This document shows positions 9,442 through 19,057 of a stretch of 56,735 nucleotides of DNA, piece after piece. Positions within the stretch are counted from its first letter, which is position 1, and every line of letters starts with the position of its first letter. The stretch is taken from the NCBI GenBank assembly GCA_964653285.1, contig CAZZEX010000021.1, forward strand, positions 1 through 56,735, given 5' to 3'. Source of the stretch: an uncultured Anaerolineales bacterium (GTDB taxonomy: Bacteria; Chloroflexota; Anaerolineae; B4-G1). The translations under genes were made by a program, and so were the position numbers. The notes under the pieces are model-generated. The model was not told where the DNA came from, did no database searches, and saw nothing but the letters and a program-made list of their open reading frames with translations.

Positions 9442-9611
9442 CCTGTGGAGAAGGACCGCTGCCCGGCACGAGCGGTGGTCTGATTTCCGGCTTACTTGTT
9501 CTTGCGCAGCAGCAAGGTCTGAACTGTGCAGGCTTGCGTCTCTATTCAACCCGCTGTACAATTAGGGGAGATTTCAACACCCTCTGTGGACGGGGACAGG
9601 GAGAAATTGAG

Positions 9612-10367
9612 ATGAGCAGACGCATCGGTGTGCTGAACTACAAAGGTGGCACAGGCAAGACGACCACGGTGGTGAACCTGGCCGCTGGCCTGGCCTTGCG
9701 TGGAGTGCGCGTTCTTTGTATTGACCTGGACGCCCAAGGCAGCCTGGCGACGTGCCTGGGGGCGCGTTATACCTATTCCCTCGCCCACGTGTTGCTGGGA
9801 CAGGCAGAACCGGAGGACTGCATCGTCCAGGCGCGGGACAATCTCGATCTCATTGCCAGCGATGGCAGCCTGTTTCAGGCTGAGGGAGAGATGTGGCGCA
9901 TGAACGATAGCCGGGTGGCCCAGCAAATACTGACCAGCAAAATGCGTGGCCTGGAGGGCCAATATGATTACGTCATTCTCGATTTCTCGCCTTCGGTAAG
10001 CATCTTAAGCGAGAGCGGGCTGCGATATATCAGAGAACTCATCGTGCCGGTCTCAATGGGTTATCTGGCTATGATAGGAACCCGGCAGGTGATTGAGACG
10101 CTGAGGAATATCGGCCGGGTACCCGGGCATCGCGTTCGCCTTTACCTGATCGTCCCCACGCTTTACTCCGGCCGGTTGCGAAAGGACCGTGAGGTTCTGG
10201 GAATCCTGCAACGTCACTTTACCGACAGGGTGACCGAGCCGGTCCGGGTGAACGTAAAGCTTACCGAGGCGCCTAGTCACCACATGACCATCTACGAGTA
10301 TTCACCCCGCAGTGCTGGCGCGGCTGACTATAAACGCCTGGTAGAGAGGGTTCTTCGTGATGGTTAA
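9612..10367 (+). CDS. ParA/MinD-family P-loop ATPase (orphan ParA-like).
   Basis: Deviant Walker A VLNYKGGTGKTT, CIDLDAQGS, D-Y-V-I-L-D Walker B region. The table ORF from 9438 has a non-protein-like N-terminal extension. ATG 9612 is preceded by GGGAGAAATTGAG. Confidence 0.85.
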   Translation: MSRRIGVLNYKGGTGKTTTVVNLAAGLALRGVRVLCIDLDAQGSLATCLGARYTYSLAHVLLGQAEPEDCIVQARDNLDLIASDGSLFQAEGEMWRMNDSRVAQQILTSKMRGLEGQYDYVILDFSPSVSILSESGLRYIRELIVPVSMGYLAMIGTRQVIETLRNIGRVPGHRVRLYLIVPTLYSGRLRKDREVLGILQRHFTDRVTEPVRVNVKLTEAPSHHMTIYEYSPRSAGAADYKRLVERVLRDG

Positions 10368-12087
10368 AAGAAAACAGAAGTCCGACAAGGTACAAGAATC
10401 AGATTTAGGCCGCGATCCATTCGAAGGCATGGATATGGAATGGATGGCCTGGGAGGAAGGTGCACCGTCCATTAAGGTACTGGGCCAGGATCCATTCGAA
10501 GACATGGATGTGGACTGGATGGACCAGGAGAGGGATGAACTATCCCCCGGGTTGGCTCAGGAAGAAGTCAAGGTCGCACTTGGCGAAACCGAAGCCCGGC
10601 CTGTCCCGAGGGCAGCCGAAGAGTTTGCTCTGGATCAAGTCGTTGTAGAAGAGTTTGCCCTTGAGCGGGCTGTTGCAGAGATTGAGCCGCTGGTTCAACC
10701 TAAACCTCTGGAGCCAGTTCGAACGGGCCGCCCCACCGGCGTCGCTCCTGCAAGAACATCCATGCCCGCAGCCACGTTCCACTTTCCCGCCGACTTCAAG
10801 TGGGGCGTCGCCACCGCCGCCCACCAGGTCGAGGGCGAAAACATCCACAACGACTGGTGGGCCTGGGAGCAGACGGATGGTCACATCAGGAAGGGGCACA
10901 TGTCTGGGCTGGCCTGCGATTGGTGGGAGAACGCCGAAGCCGACTTCGACCGCGCCGCTGAAATGGGTCTGAACGCGCTCCGTCTCTCGGTCGAGTGGTC
11001 GCGCGTCGAGCCCCGCCCTGGCGTGTTTGACGATTCCGCCCTGGAGCGGTACAGCCAGATGTTGCAGGGGTTACGCGAGCGCAACATTGAGCCGATGGTC
11101 ACCTTGCACCACTTCACCAATCCCCGTTGGCTGGCCGAGCGAGGCGGCTGGGAGGCCCCGGAGACCATCGCGCTCTTCGCTCACTTCGTGCGCCGGGTCG
11201 TCGAGGCGCTGGGCCGACACTGCGATCTGTGGTGTACCATCAACGAACCCAATGTCTACGGCTACATGGGCTATTTGGAGGGTGTCTTTCCCCCCGGTCA
11301 ATCCGATCTAAAAACAGCGCTGCGTGTCGTCCGCCACCTGCTGGCGGGCCACGCTGCTGCCTACCGGGAGATCCACACACTCCAACCCCACGCCCGCGTC
11401 GGCCTCGCCCACAACATGCGCGTCTTCGATCCGGCCAACCCCCGCTCGCTGCTGGACCGGCGCGCCGCACAGATGACGGACAAGGTCTATAACCAGGCCA
11501 TCCTTACCGCGTTGACCCGGGGCCGCTGGACGCTGCCTCTGGGCTTTGGCCTGGCCCGGAAACTGCGCCGTACCCTCGATTGGATCGGCCTCAACTACTA
11601 CACTCGCGACCTGGTCGCCTCCGACCGCACGCAGCGTCGGTCGCTCCTCAACCGCCGACTGCACGCCGGCGATGCCGAGTTGCTCGATGGTGGCTACGGC
11701 GAGTTCTACCCCCGTGGGATGTTCCGCTGTCTCCAGCGGCTGGCGCGTCTGGGTCTGCCCATCTATGTCACGGAGAACGGCATCCCCGACGATAACGACG
11801 ATCAGCGGCCGCGTTACCTCCTGGCCCATCTGCACCAGGTGTGGCACGCGATTCAGTTCTGCTACCCGGTGATGGGTTACTATCACTGGACGCTGGTGGA
11901 CAACTTCGAGTGGGCCGAAGGGTGGACACTGCGCTTTGGCCTCATCTCGCTCGATCCCGAAACCCAGGCCCGCACGCCGCGCCGCAGCGCTGACCTCTAT
12001 GCCGAGGTCGTCCGGGCCAACGCCATCACGTCCCAGATCGTTGACGCCTACGCGCCAGAACTGCGGGCCGAACTGCTGCCGGGATGA
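10357..12087 (+). CDS. Glycoside hydrolase family 1 (beta-glucosidase-like) with about 135 aa of N-terminal extension: a basic tip (MMVKRKQKSDK) followed by acidic repeats.
   Basis: GH1 signatures FPADFKWGVATAAHQVEG, LRLSVEWSRVEP, TLHHFTNPRW, INEPNVY, YVTENG, HWTLVDNFEWAEG. The N-terminal repeats DPFEGMDMEWM / DPFEDMDVDWM and EEFALD/EEFALE. The start overlaps the ParA-like stop by 11 bp. An alternative internal start is ATG 10762. Confidence 0.85.
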   Translation: MMVKRKQKSDKVQESDLGRDPFEGMDMEWMAWEEGAPSIKVLGQDPFEDMDVDWMDQERDELSPGLAQEEVKVALGETEARPVPRAAEEFALDQVVVEEFALERAVAEIEPLVQPKPLEPVRTGRPTGVAPARTSMPAATFHFPADFKWGVATAAHQVEGENIHNDWWAWEQTDGHIRKGHMSGLACDWWENAEADFDRAAEMGLNALRLSVEWSRVEPRPGVFDDSALERYSQMLQGLRERNIEPMVTLHHFTNPRWLAERGGWEAPETIALFAHFVRRVVEALGRHCDLWCTINEPNVYGYMGYLEGVFPPGQSDLKTALRVVRHLLAGHAAAYREIHTLQPHARVGLAHNMRVFDPANPRSLLDRRAAQMTDKVYNQAILTALTRGRWTLPLGFGLARKLRRTLDWIGLNYYTRDLVASDRTQRRSLLNRRLHAGDAELLDGGYGEFYPRGMFRCLQRLARLGLPIYVTENGIPDDNDDQRPRYLLAHLHQVWHAIQFCYPVMGYYHWTLVDNFEWAEGWTLRFGLISLDPETQARTPRRSADLYAEVVRANAITSQIVDAYAPELRAELLPG

Positions 12088-12119
12088 CGCGAGGACACGT
12101 CGGAAGCGAGGATGCCAGG

Positions 12120-13115
12120 ATGAACGGACGAAGCATTGCCGTCGTGGTCGCATTGAGCCTGAATCTTCTGCTGTTCGGATGCAGCGGTGAGGCGACCCCA
12201 GAAGTCCCACCGGCCTCGGCTCTCGACCAGATGCCCCTCGTGCTCGCTCGCCCCTTCTTCACGACTGGGTATGAACTGGTCGGCTATTATGAACTGGACG
12301 TCGGCAGCGATGGTGTTATGGAGGCGTTGGCAGTCCTGACCTTGAGACTTCCGTTGAAGGAATCCTTTCTGGGCGATTCTTACGTGTTGCTATTTGGTCA
12401 GCATGGGGGAGCGTGGAGCCTGACTGATGATCAGCAATTGGATGGCGTCAACGCCAGTGCGGAGTTGCGCGACCTGACCGGCGACGACTTTCCCGAACTG
12501 CTCGTCTTCACCGAGGAGGCAGATACCCAGTTGGGGGACTTTGTGACGCCGCTGCGCTACACTGACCACCTGATCGTGTTCACGTACGTGCCAGATCTGT
12601 ACCTGGTGGAGTTGGGGACGTTTAGCAGCAGCCTGTCGGGCGTGATGCGCCCACACTCGACGGCAGGGGAGTGGGGAGGTAGGCCAGTCATCCAGACCGC
12701 ACAGGACCTCCCGCCGACCGGGGACCCGCTGTGGTGGCCTTTCCGCGTCGAGACTTTCGCCTGGGACGGGCAGGACTTCGCCAGCGTGCAGGTGCGGGAG
12801 CAGCGACGAATCTCGCCCATCGTTTCCTGGCTGGTGCGCCGAAACGCACCCTGGGCGATGGCGTCTCTGGTCCTGGGCGGGGCGTTGAGTTTGGTCCTGA
12901 CCACGGTCGTACGTCACTCGCGCCTGCGGGAGCGATGGGCGATCCTGGGACTGGCCCTGCTGCTCATAGCGGGCGGGGTTGGCCTGGGGCTGGCAGAGGA
13001 GTGGTTGTGTGTGCCGGCATTGATCCTGGTCGGGCTGGCAGGCTTAGTGGTTGGACGGCAAGTGGCGACGCGGCTTAAATCGAGTCGGGATGCTGAGGTG
13101 GAGAGTGAAGGATAA
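12120..13115 (+). CDS. Hypothetical lipoprotein with a C-terminal membrane anchor.
   Basis: Signal peptide plus lipobox (AVVVALSLNLLLFGCSG), two C-terminal TM helices. The table start 12084 is upstream in-frame. Confidence 0.55.
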   Translation: MNGRSIAVVVALSLNLLLFGCSGEATPEVPPASALDQMPLVLARPFFTTGYELVGYYELDVGSDGVMEALAVLTLRLPLKESFLGDSYVLLFGQHGGAWSLTDDQQLDGVNASAELRDLTGDDFPELLVFTEEADTQLGDFVTPLRYTDHLIVFTYVPDLYLVELGTFSSSLSGVMRPHSTAGEWGGRPVIQTAQDLPPTGDPLWWPFRVETFAWDGQDFASVQVREQRRISPIVSWLVRRNAPWAMASLVLGGALSLVLTTVVRHSRLRERWAILGLALLLIAGGVGLGLAEEWLCVPALILVGLAGLVVGRQVATRLKSSRDAEVESEG

Positions 13116-14058
13116 GGCACCGACTTTCTGCCCCCGCTGTGGAACGGTGATGGAGACGGCCGAAGTAGGTGGGCGCGTGCGCGAGATCTGTCCCGCCTGC
13201 GGTTTCATTCTGTACCGCAACCCGGTGCCTGGCGCTGGTGTGCTGGTGGAGATGGAGGAAGGCATTGTGCTGGTTCGGCGAGGGCAGATGCCGTTCGTGG
13301 GTTGGTGGGCGCTCCCCTCAGGCTACATTGAGGCAGACGAGAGTGTCGAGCAGGCGGCGGTGCGGGAGTGTAAAGAGGAGACCGGGCTCGACGTCGAACT
13401 CCTGGAACTGTTCGGTGTCTATTCTTTCCCGGAGGGACCGGTGCAGAGCGGCATCGTCATATTCTACCGCGCCCGGCCTGTGGGCGGTGAACTGCGGGCC
13501 GGCGACGATGCCCAGGACGTGGGTGTCTTCGCCCCAGACGATCTGCCAGAGAAACTGGCCTTCCGCACTCACCGTGAGGTACTGGCGCGCTGGGTGCGCC
13601 GACGTTCGTCCGAGTCCCGCGCCGACGTGCCCGGCATCGTCATCCGGGAGGCCCGCACCGAGGACGCCGCCCGGGTCATGGAACTACTGCCGCTGATCCC
13701 TGCGAACGCAGGGTTGAGCCCCGTCGAGGTGCAGGCCGCGGCCCAGCGCTTCCACGAGAGCCTGGCGATGGACGTGCTGGTCGCGGAGGTGGATGGACAG
13801 GTGGTGGGCTTTCTCACTCTTTCGTTTATCCCCGTCCTCTCTGGACTGCGGGCCTTGATTGACGACCTGGCCGTGGATCCGGCGTATCGGCGGCAGGGGA
13901 TCGGCGCGGCGCTGGTGGAGGCGGCAATACAGCGGGCCGACCGGCGGGGAGCGACGCATCTGCTGGTAGACACCTCACAGGGCGACGTGGCGGCCCGCGA
14001 CTTCTACCAGGCCTGCGGGTTCGAGGCGGGGGGGGTCGCCCCTCTGCGCATCCGGTAG
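13089..14058 (+). CDS. Zinc-ribbon / NUDIX-hydrolase / GNAT-acetyltransferase fusion protein.
   Basis: CPRCG...CPACG ribbon, Nudix box GWWALPSGYIEADESVEQAAVRECKEETG, GNAT motif LAVDPAYRRQGIGAALVEAA. Start uncertain (13051 or 13089). Confidence 0.8.
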
Positions 14059-14162
14059 TGGGACAGAGTTTCCGCCGTCGAACCAACGCAGACAGAAAAA
14101 CCATCTTCGCCGATCAACCCACGCCGCCGAATGCGGCGTTGGCTGCATGCGGTGGTGCGGCA

Positions 14163-14558
14163 ATGACCGCCTACGAAATCAACCAAAGCTACAGCAACGT
14201 GGTGGCTGCCATCAGCGGCATCTATGACGGCAAGTACTGGCATTCGGCCACTATCACTGGCTTGGTGGCGGATACCACTTATGGTGTGGACGTCGTCTTT
14301 AACGGGCACGATCACCACTACGAGCGGACCTGCCCCATCCTCGATGGCACCTGCACGACTCCCCAGGATGGAGGCGTGGTTTATTACGTCACAGGTGGCG
14401 GTGGGGCTCCTCTGTACAGTGTGAGCGGCGACTGGTTCACTGCCTACGGCGAAAGCCTCAATCACTTCTTAAAGGTGGAGGTCAACGATTGTTGGCTGCG
14501 TCTGGATGCGATAGACGCCAGCGGCAACGTCTTCGATAGCTACGAGATTCACCACTGA
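14163..14558 (+). pseudogene. C-terminal fragment of a calcineurin-like metallophosphoesterase (purple-acid-phosphatase type). The N-terminal metal-binding half is absent.
   Basis: ...VDVVFNGHDHHYERT...VVYYVTGGGGAPLY...FDSYEI matches the last about 120 aa of PAP-like phosphatases. No GDxxY/GNHE motifs occur upstream, where the sequence is the NUDIX-GNAT gene. Confidence 0.6.
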
Positions 14559-14677
14559 GGTAGTTCCACTCCGGCACCAACGCCAACGGCGGTGCTGGTC
14601 GTTGGGGTCGGCTTCGCTGGTATTGCCCGTTCCTACGTCAGCAGGGATGGCTAATTGTGACGCTCGCCATCCAGCAA

Positions 14678-14707
14678 TTACCCAACTTCGCCATCCTGCG
14701 GTATAAT
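14678..14707 (+). promoter_or_regulatory. Candidate promoter with -10 TATAAT (GCGGTATAATCC) upstream of the UDP-xylose synthase gene.
   Basis: TATAAT at 14702-14707, 30 bp before the RBS AAGGAG. The -35 is poor. Confidence 0.3.
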
Positions 14708-14737
14708 CCCCTCGATTTCACAAACAAGGAGCGGCAA

Positions 14738-15688
14738 ATGCGCATCCTCATCACCGGCGGGGCCGGCTTCATCGGCTCCCATCTCTGTGACCGGTTGCTG
14801 GCCGACGGCCACGAGGTTATTGCCATGGACAACCTCAGCACTGGCAGCGTGGACAACGTCGCCCACCTGGCCGGGCACGAGCGCTTCCATTTCATCAAGT
14901 ACGATGTCACTAATTACATCTATGTCGAAGGCCCCCTCGACGCGGTGCTTCACCTGGCCAGCCTGCCCAGCCCGGTGGACTACCTGAATTACCCTATCCA
15001 GACCCTCAAGGTGGGCGCGCTGGGCACGCACAAGACGCTGGGCCTGGCGATGGAGAAGGGAGCCTGCTACTTGCTGGCTTCCACCTCCGAGGTCTACGGT
15101 GATCCGCTGGTGCATCCCCAACCCGAGCACTACTGGGGCAACGTCAACCCCATCGGCCTGCGCGGTGTCTACGACGAGAGCAAACGCTTCGCCGAGGCGC
15201 TCACGATGGCCTACCACCGCTACCATGGTGTGGATACACGCATCGCAAGGATCTTCAATTGCTACGGGCCTCGTATGCGGATGGACGACGGTCGCGTGGT
15301 GCCCAACTTCGTCTGCCAGGCTCTGCGCGGTGATCCTCTCACCGTCTACGACGGTGGCTCCCGCACCCGTTCTTTCTGTTACGTGTCGGACCTGGCCGAA
15401 GGTCTCGTGCGCCTGCTCCACTCCGACGAGACCGCTCCGGTCAACCTGGGCGATCCCGACGAGATGACCATCATTGACTTCGCCCACAAGGTGCTGGAAT
15501 TGACCGGCAGCAGTTCGCCCATCGAATTCGTGACCCCCACCGATGCCCGCACTGCCGATGACCCCAAGGTGCGCTGCCCCGACATCGGCAAGGCGTGGCG
15601 CGTGTTGGGATGGGAGCCGCAAGTGTCGCTGGAAGAGGGGCTACGGCAAACGATGGCGTACTTCCAGGAGAAACTGAGGCTGAAATGA
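14738..15688 (+). CDS. uxs: UDP-glucuronate decarboxylase (UDP-xylose synthase), SDR family.
   Basis: [26 protein letters not shown] catalytic motif, strong overall resemblance to UXS/ArnA-type decarboxylases. RBS AAGGAG. Confidence 0.88.
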   Translation: MRILITGGAGFIGSHLCDRLLADGHEVIAMDNLSTGSVDNVAHLAGHERFHFIKYDVTNYIYVEGPLDAVLHLASLPSPVDYLNYPIQTLKVGALGTHKTLGLAMEKGACYLLASTSEVYGDPLVHPQPEHYWGNVNPIGLRGVYDESKRFAEALTMAYHRYHGVDTRIARIFNCYGPRMRMDDGRVVPNFVCQALRGDPLTVYDGGSRTRSFCYVSDLAEGLVRLLHSDETAPVNLGDPDEMTIIDFAHKVLELTGSSSPIEFVTPTDARTADDPKVRCPDIGKAWRVLGWEPQVSLEEGLRQTMAYFQEKLRLK

Positions 15689-15876
15689 TGGGGTACATCC
15701 CATCCGTCCTGGTCTACGTCCTCCGCGAGGGCAAGGTCCTGCTGATGCACCGCTCTTCCCACCCCCAGGCCGACGCGATCTTCGCCCCCAAGATCTTGGC
15801 GATGAGCAAGGGCTGCTTTCAGGCCAAATTCGTCTACGACGCTCACCTGAACCTGGTGGAATGGATAGAGTACTGA
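15685..15876 (+). CDS. Small ORF (63 aa) with very high GC3, possibly an N-terminal NUDIX-like fragment ([16 protein letters not shown]).
   Basis: ATG overlaps the uxs stop (ATGA). Third-position GC is about 85 percent, indicating real coding. Sequence resembles the first strand/helix of Nudix proteins but lacks the Nudix box. Confidence 0.35.
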   Translation: MMGYIPSVLVYVLREGKVLLMHRSSHPQADAIFAPKILAMSKGCFQAKFVYDAHLNLVEWIEY

Positions 15877-17390
15877 GTCGCGCGCTGGCCTGGAATGGCC
15901 CCCTGGTTACATCCCTGGCGCTGACGCTGGCTTTCCTCGCTGGCCTGCTGCTCATCCGGCTCACGCCTGTGGGCGGGGTGCTCTTCGTCGGGCTGGCCGT
16001 CGGCGGCGTGGCGACCGTGATCGAGCCGCTGGCCGGGCTGGCCGCCGCGCTCTTCCTCGGTCCCTTGTGGGCCTACCTGCGTGCCGAGGTGCCGCAGGTG
16101 CCCGCCCAGATCGCCCAGGTCTTCGTCGCGCTGGCGCTGGCCGTCTGGCTGGCGCAAGGCCTGGCCCGCCGCAAATTCCGCATTCCTCGCTCGCCCCTTC
16201 TTCTGCCACTGCTCATCTTCCTCGGCACGGCGCTCGTATCCCTGTGGAACGCGGTCGAATTGCCCGTCTACGGCGTGCCGGAATTGATCAAGTGGGTGCA
16301 GATCTTGCTGCTATTTCTCTTCGTCAGCGACCGCCTCACGCCCCGGCACCTGCCCTGGCTGTTTGGTGTGCTGCTCGTGACCGGGCTCTTCCAGGCCAGC
16401 GTGGGCATGTGGCAGTTCGGGCTGCGCGGTGAGGGGCCGGAGCACTTCGCTATCCTCGTCCTCGGCGAACGATTCTATCGCGCCTATGGTACCTTCGAGC
16501 AGCCGAATCCGTATGCGGGGTACGTTGGAATGATGCTGTCGCTGGCGGTAGGAATGGTCATAGAAATGATCAGAGGCAAGGTGACAAGGAGACAAGGTGA
16601 CAAGGAGACTTTTCCCCTCTCCTTGTCCCCTTGTCCCCGTGTCTCCATGTCCTCGTGTCTCCCTGTCCTGTTGCCTGTCAGCATCGCACTTGGAGCCGCG
16701 CTGTTGATGTCTTGGAGCCGGGGAGCATGGCTGGGCTTCGGGGCGGCGGTGACGGTGATGGTGGTCGCGTTGCCGCGCAGGACGCGCTGGGGGCTGTTGC
16801 TGGTCGCCGTGATCGTCGTCGGGGGTTTGGGCCTGTACGCGACCGGCCTCCTGCCGGCCCCGGTCGTAGCCCGCCTGACCGACTTTGCCCAGGACGTGCG
16901 CTTTGAGGACGTGCGCGGTGTGGGCATCAACGACGCCAACTATGCCATCATTGAGCGGCTGGCCCACTGGCAGGCGGCACTGGAGATGTTCCGCTACAAC
17001 CTGTGGACCGGCGTCGGCTTCGGTTGCTACGAGCCGGCCTACAGAGACTTTGCGCTGATCAATTGGCCCATCGCGCTGGGCCATGCCCACAACTACTACC
17101 TGAACATTGCCGCCGAGACCGGCATCATCGGCCTGGCTGCCTACCTGCTCCTGTGGGGCGCGGTCTTCTGGCAGACCTGGCGAGTCACTCGCTGCGCCGA
17201 GGGTCTCTTGCGTGGGGTTGCCATTGGGCTTCTGGGCACCTGGACCCATCTTGCCGTCCACCACTTCCTCGACAATCTTTACGTCAATAACGTTCATCTG
17301 TACATCGGCGTCCTGTTGGGCCTCCTGGCCTTTGCCATCGAGAGAACACGGGTGGCAGGACAACAACGGACGGAAACGTATGATCGCTAA
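15861..17390 (+). CDS. O-antigen ligase / polymerase-like (Wzy_C-type) polytopic membrane protein.
   Basis: Ten or more TM helices, with the characteristic loop ...SWSRGAWLGFGAAVTVMVVAL.... Carries a palindromic in-frame insert at about 16566-16680. Confidence 0.75.
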   Translation: MDRVLSRALAWNGPLVTSLALTLAFLAGLLLIRLTPVGGVLFVGLAVGGVATVIEPLAGLAAALFLGPLWAYLRAEVPQVPAQIAQVFVALALAVWLAQGLARRKFRIPRSPLLLPLLIFLGTALVSLWNAVELPVYGVPELIKWVQILLLFLFVSDRLTPRHLPWLFGVLLVTGLFQASVGMWQFGLRGEGPEHFAILVLGERFYRAYGTFEQPNPYAGYVGMMLSLAVGMVIEMIRGKVTRRQGDKETFPLSLSPCPRVSMSSCLPVLLPVSIALGAALLMSWSRGAWLGFGAAVTVMVVALPRRTRWGLLLVAVIVVGGLGLYATGLLPAPVVARLTDFAQDVRFEDVRGVGINDANYAIIERLAHWQAALEMFRYNLWTGVGFGCYEPAYRDFALINWPIALGHAHNYYLNIAAETGIIGLAAYLLLWGAVFWQTWRVTRCAEGLLRGVAIGLLGTWTHLAVHHFLDNLYVNNVHLYIGVLLGLLAFAIERTRVAGQQRTETYDR

Positions 17391-17874
17391 ACTCACGATC
17401 TTTGCTCGCGCCAAGCGGAAGGAATTCGCCCGTTTCATCAAGTTCTCCGCCGTCGGTGCGTTGGGCGCCGTGATTGACTTCGGCGTGCTCAACCTGCTGG
17501 TGCAATTGGCCGGCTTCCCCAAGGTGGTTGCCAATGGTTGCTCTTTCACCACTGCGGTCATCAGCAACTTTGTATGGAACCGTCTGTGGGTCTATCCAGA
17601 GACGCGAGGGGAGCCATTGCGCAAGCAGTTCGTGCAGTTCTCCGTCGTCAACCTGGCCGGGCTGGCCATCAACACGGCGATCTTCTATGGTTCCGACCGC
17701 TGGCTCTTGGGCGAGGCGGGCCTGCTGGTCGGACCCGTCGGCGCGCTGGCCCTCGCCATCGGGGTGGCCCACTTCGACCTGGCCTACAACGGCGCAAAAG
17801 TGATCGCCACCGGCGTGGTGCTGTTCTGGAACTTCTTAGTCAATCGGTTCTGGACCTTCCGCCACGTTCAATAA
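17380..17874 (+). CDS. GtrA-family membrane protein (polysaccharide synthesis / flippase accessory).
   Basis: FIKFSAVGALGAVIDFGVLNLLV...NFVWNRLWVY...NFLVNRFWTF, classic GtrA. Start overlaps the ligase stop. Confidence 0.85.
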   Translation: MIAKLTIFARAKRKEFARFIKFSAVGALGAVIDFGVLNLLVQLAGFPKVVANGCSFTTAVISNFVWNRLWVYPETRGEPLRKQFVQFSVVNLAGLAINTAIFYGSDRWLLGEAGLLVGPVGALALAIGVAHFDLAYNGAKVIATGVVLFWNFLVNRFWTFRHVQ

Positions 17875-17903
17875 GGCTGTTCCAGAAAAATAATCATCCC
17901 AAT

Positions 17904-17999
17904 GTCATTCTGAGCGGAACGCAGTGAAGCGAAGAATCTCACGCCACAGCACCCAAACTGCCTGTCCAGGGCGAGATTCTTCGCTACGCTCAGAATGAC
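17904..17999. repeat. Palindromic dispersed element, copy 1 (GTCATTCTGAGCG...GCGAAGAATCTC // GAGATTCTTCGCTACGCTCAGAATGAC).
   Basis: Inverted-repeat arms of about 27-37 nt around a roughly 30-nt loop. Related copies lie at 19858-19927 and 56563-56668. Confidence 0.7.
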
Positions 18000-18100
18000 A
18001 GGCTATGACCTGGGATACTTTAAGTCCTGGAACACCCTAAATCCACTGTTGTCCTGTATAAGAGAGAATCCATCAGCCATAATCGCCGCCATCAGGGTAT

Positions 18101-18940
18101 ATGGACACACTGACCTCCCCACCCTCCAGGAAGCCTCGTGGGCCAGACTTCCCATTGCCGTGGCTGGTCGTCGTGCTGGCAGTAACGGCATTCGCGGCCT
18201 TTCTCATCGTGACGCCAGGCGGCTTGTTGACCAAGGCAGATATGGTCGGCTGCGCCGTCTGCGGTCGCATAACATCTCACTCCTTCACCATTGCCGGGCG
18301 CCAACTGCCGCTGTGTGCCCGTTGTACTGGCACCTTCCTCGGCGCGCTGACTGGACTCTTCGGACAGGCCGTGGTGCTGCGCCGCCGCCGCGCCGCCGAG
18401 TTCCCTCCCCCTCTCATCATCGTCATCCTCGTCGGCTTCATGCTGCTGTGGGCGGCCGACGGCCTGAATTCCTACCTGACTCTCTTTCCCAACGGCCCGC
18501 GCCTCTACGAACCTCAGAACTGGCTGAGGCTGACCACCGGCGCGCTCAACGGGCTGGCGATGAGCGCACTCGTCTACCCGGTCTTCAACTTCACACTCTG
18601 GCGACGCCCCGTCCCTGAGCGTGCCATACGGAACTTGCGCGATCTGAGCGTGCTGCTCCTGCTTGAAGCCGGCCAGGTCGGCCTGGTGCTCACCCAATGG
18701 TCTTTCCTGCTCTACCCGCTGGCACTGCTGAGCGCGTTGAGTGTGCTGACCCTCCTCACCAGTGTCAACAGCATGCTGGTGTTGATGATCGTGCGGCGGG
18801 AGAACGTGGTGGGCACCTGCCGCGAGGCCGTCGTCCCGCTGCTGGCTGGCTTCACGGTGAGCCTCATCCAGGTCGGCGTGATTGATGTCGTGAGGTACGC
18901 GCTCATCAGCACGCTGGAGGGCATACCGCCGTTGCAGTAG
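18101..18940 (+). CDS. DUF2085-like membrane protein (CxxC...CxRCxG motif).
   Basis: CAVCGRITSHSFTIAGRQLPLCARCTGTFLG plus 5-6 TM helices. Confidence 0.7.
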   Translation: MDTLTSPPSRKPRGPDFPLPWLVVVLAVTAFAAFLIVTPGGLLTKADMVGCAVCGRITSHSFTIAGRQLPLCARCTGTFLGALTGLFGQAVVLRRRRAAEFPPPLIIVILVGFMLLWAADGLNSYLTLFPNGPRLYEPQNWLRLTTGALNGLAMSALVYPVFNFTLWRRPVPERAIRNLRDLSVLLLLEAGQVGLVLTQWSFLLYPLALLSALSVLTLLTSVNSMLVLMIVRRENVVGTCREAVVPLLAGFTVSLIQVGVIDVVRYALISTLEGIPPLQ

Positions 18941-18943
18941 CAG

Positions 18944-18972
18944 TTGCCTCTTGCGCACACCTGGGCTATAAT
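18944..18972 (+). promoter_or_regulatory. Candidate sigma70 promoter TTGCCT-17-TATAAT.
   Basis: -35 TTGCCT 18944-18949, 17-bp spacer, -10 TATAAT 18967-18972. The downstream gene starts at 19058. Confidence 0.45.
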
Positions 18973-19057
18973 GTGCTCCAATGAACAATGACCTGGCTGA
19001 CGAAGCGACTACAGGTCCGCAGACAGGCAGAGGCAATAATGACATAGGGAGGGTGCA

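Noticed and set aside
9438-9611. Upstream extension of the ParA-like ORF (MTCGEGPLPGTSGG...)
   Set aside because: It has no protein-like sequence or GC3 signal. The ATG at 9612 with an RBS aligns with the normal ParA N-terminus (MSRRIGVLNYKGGTGKTT).
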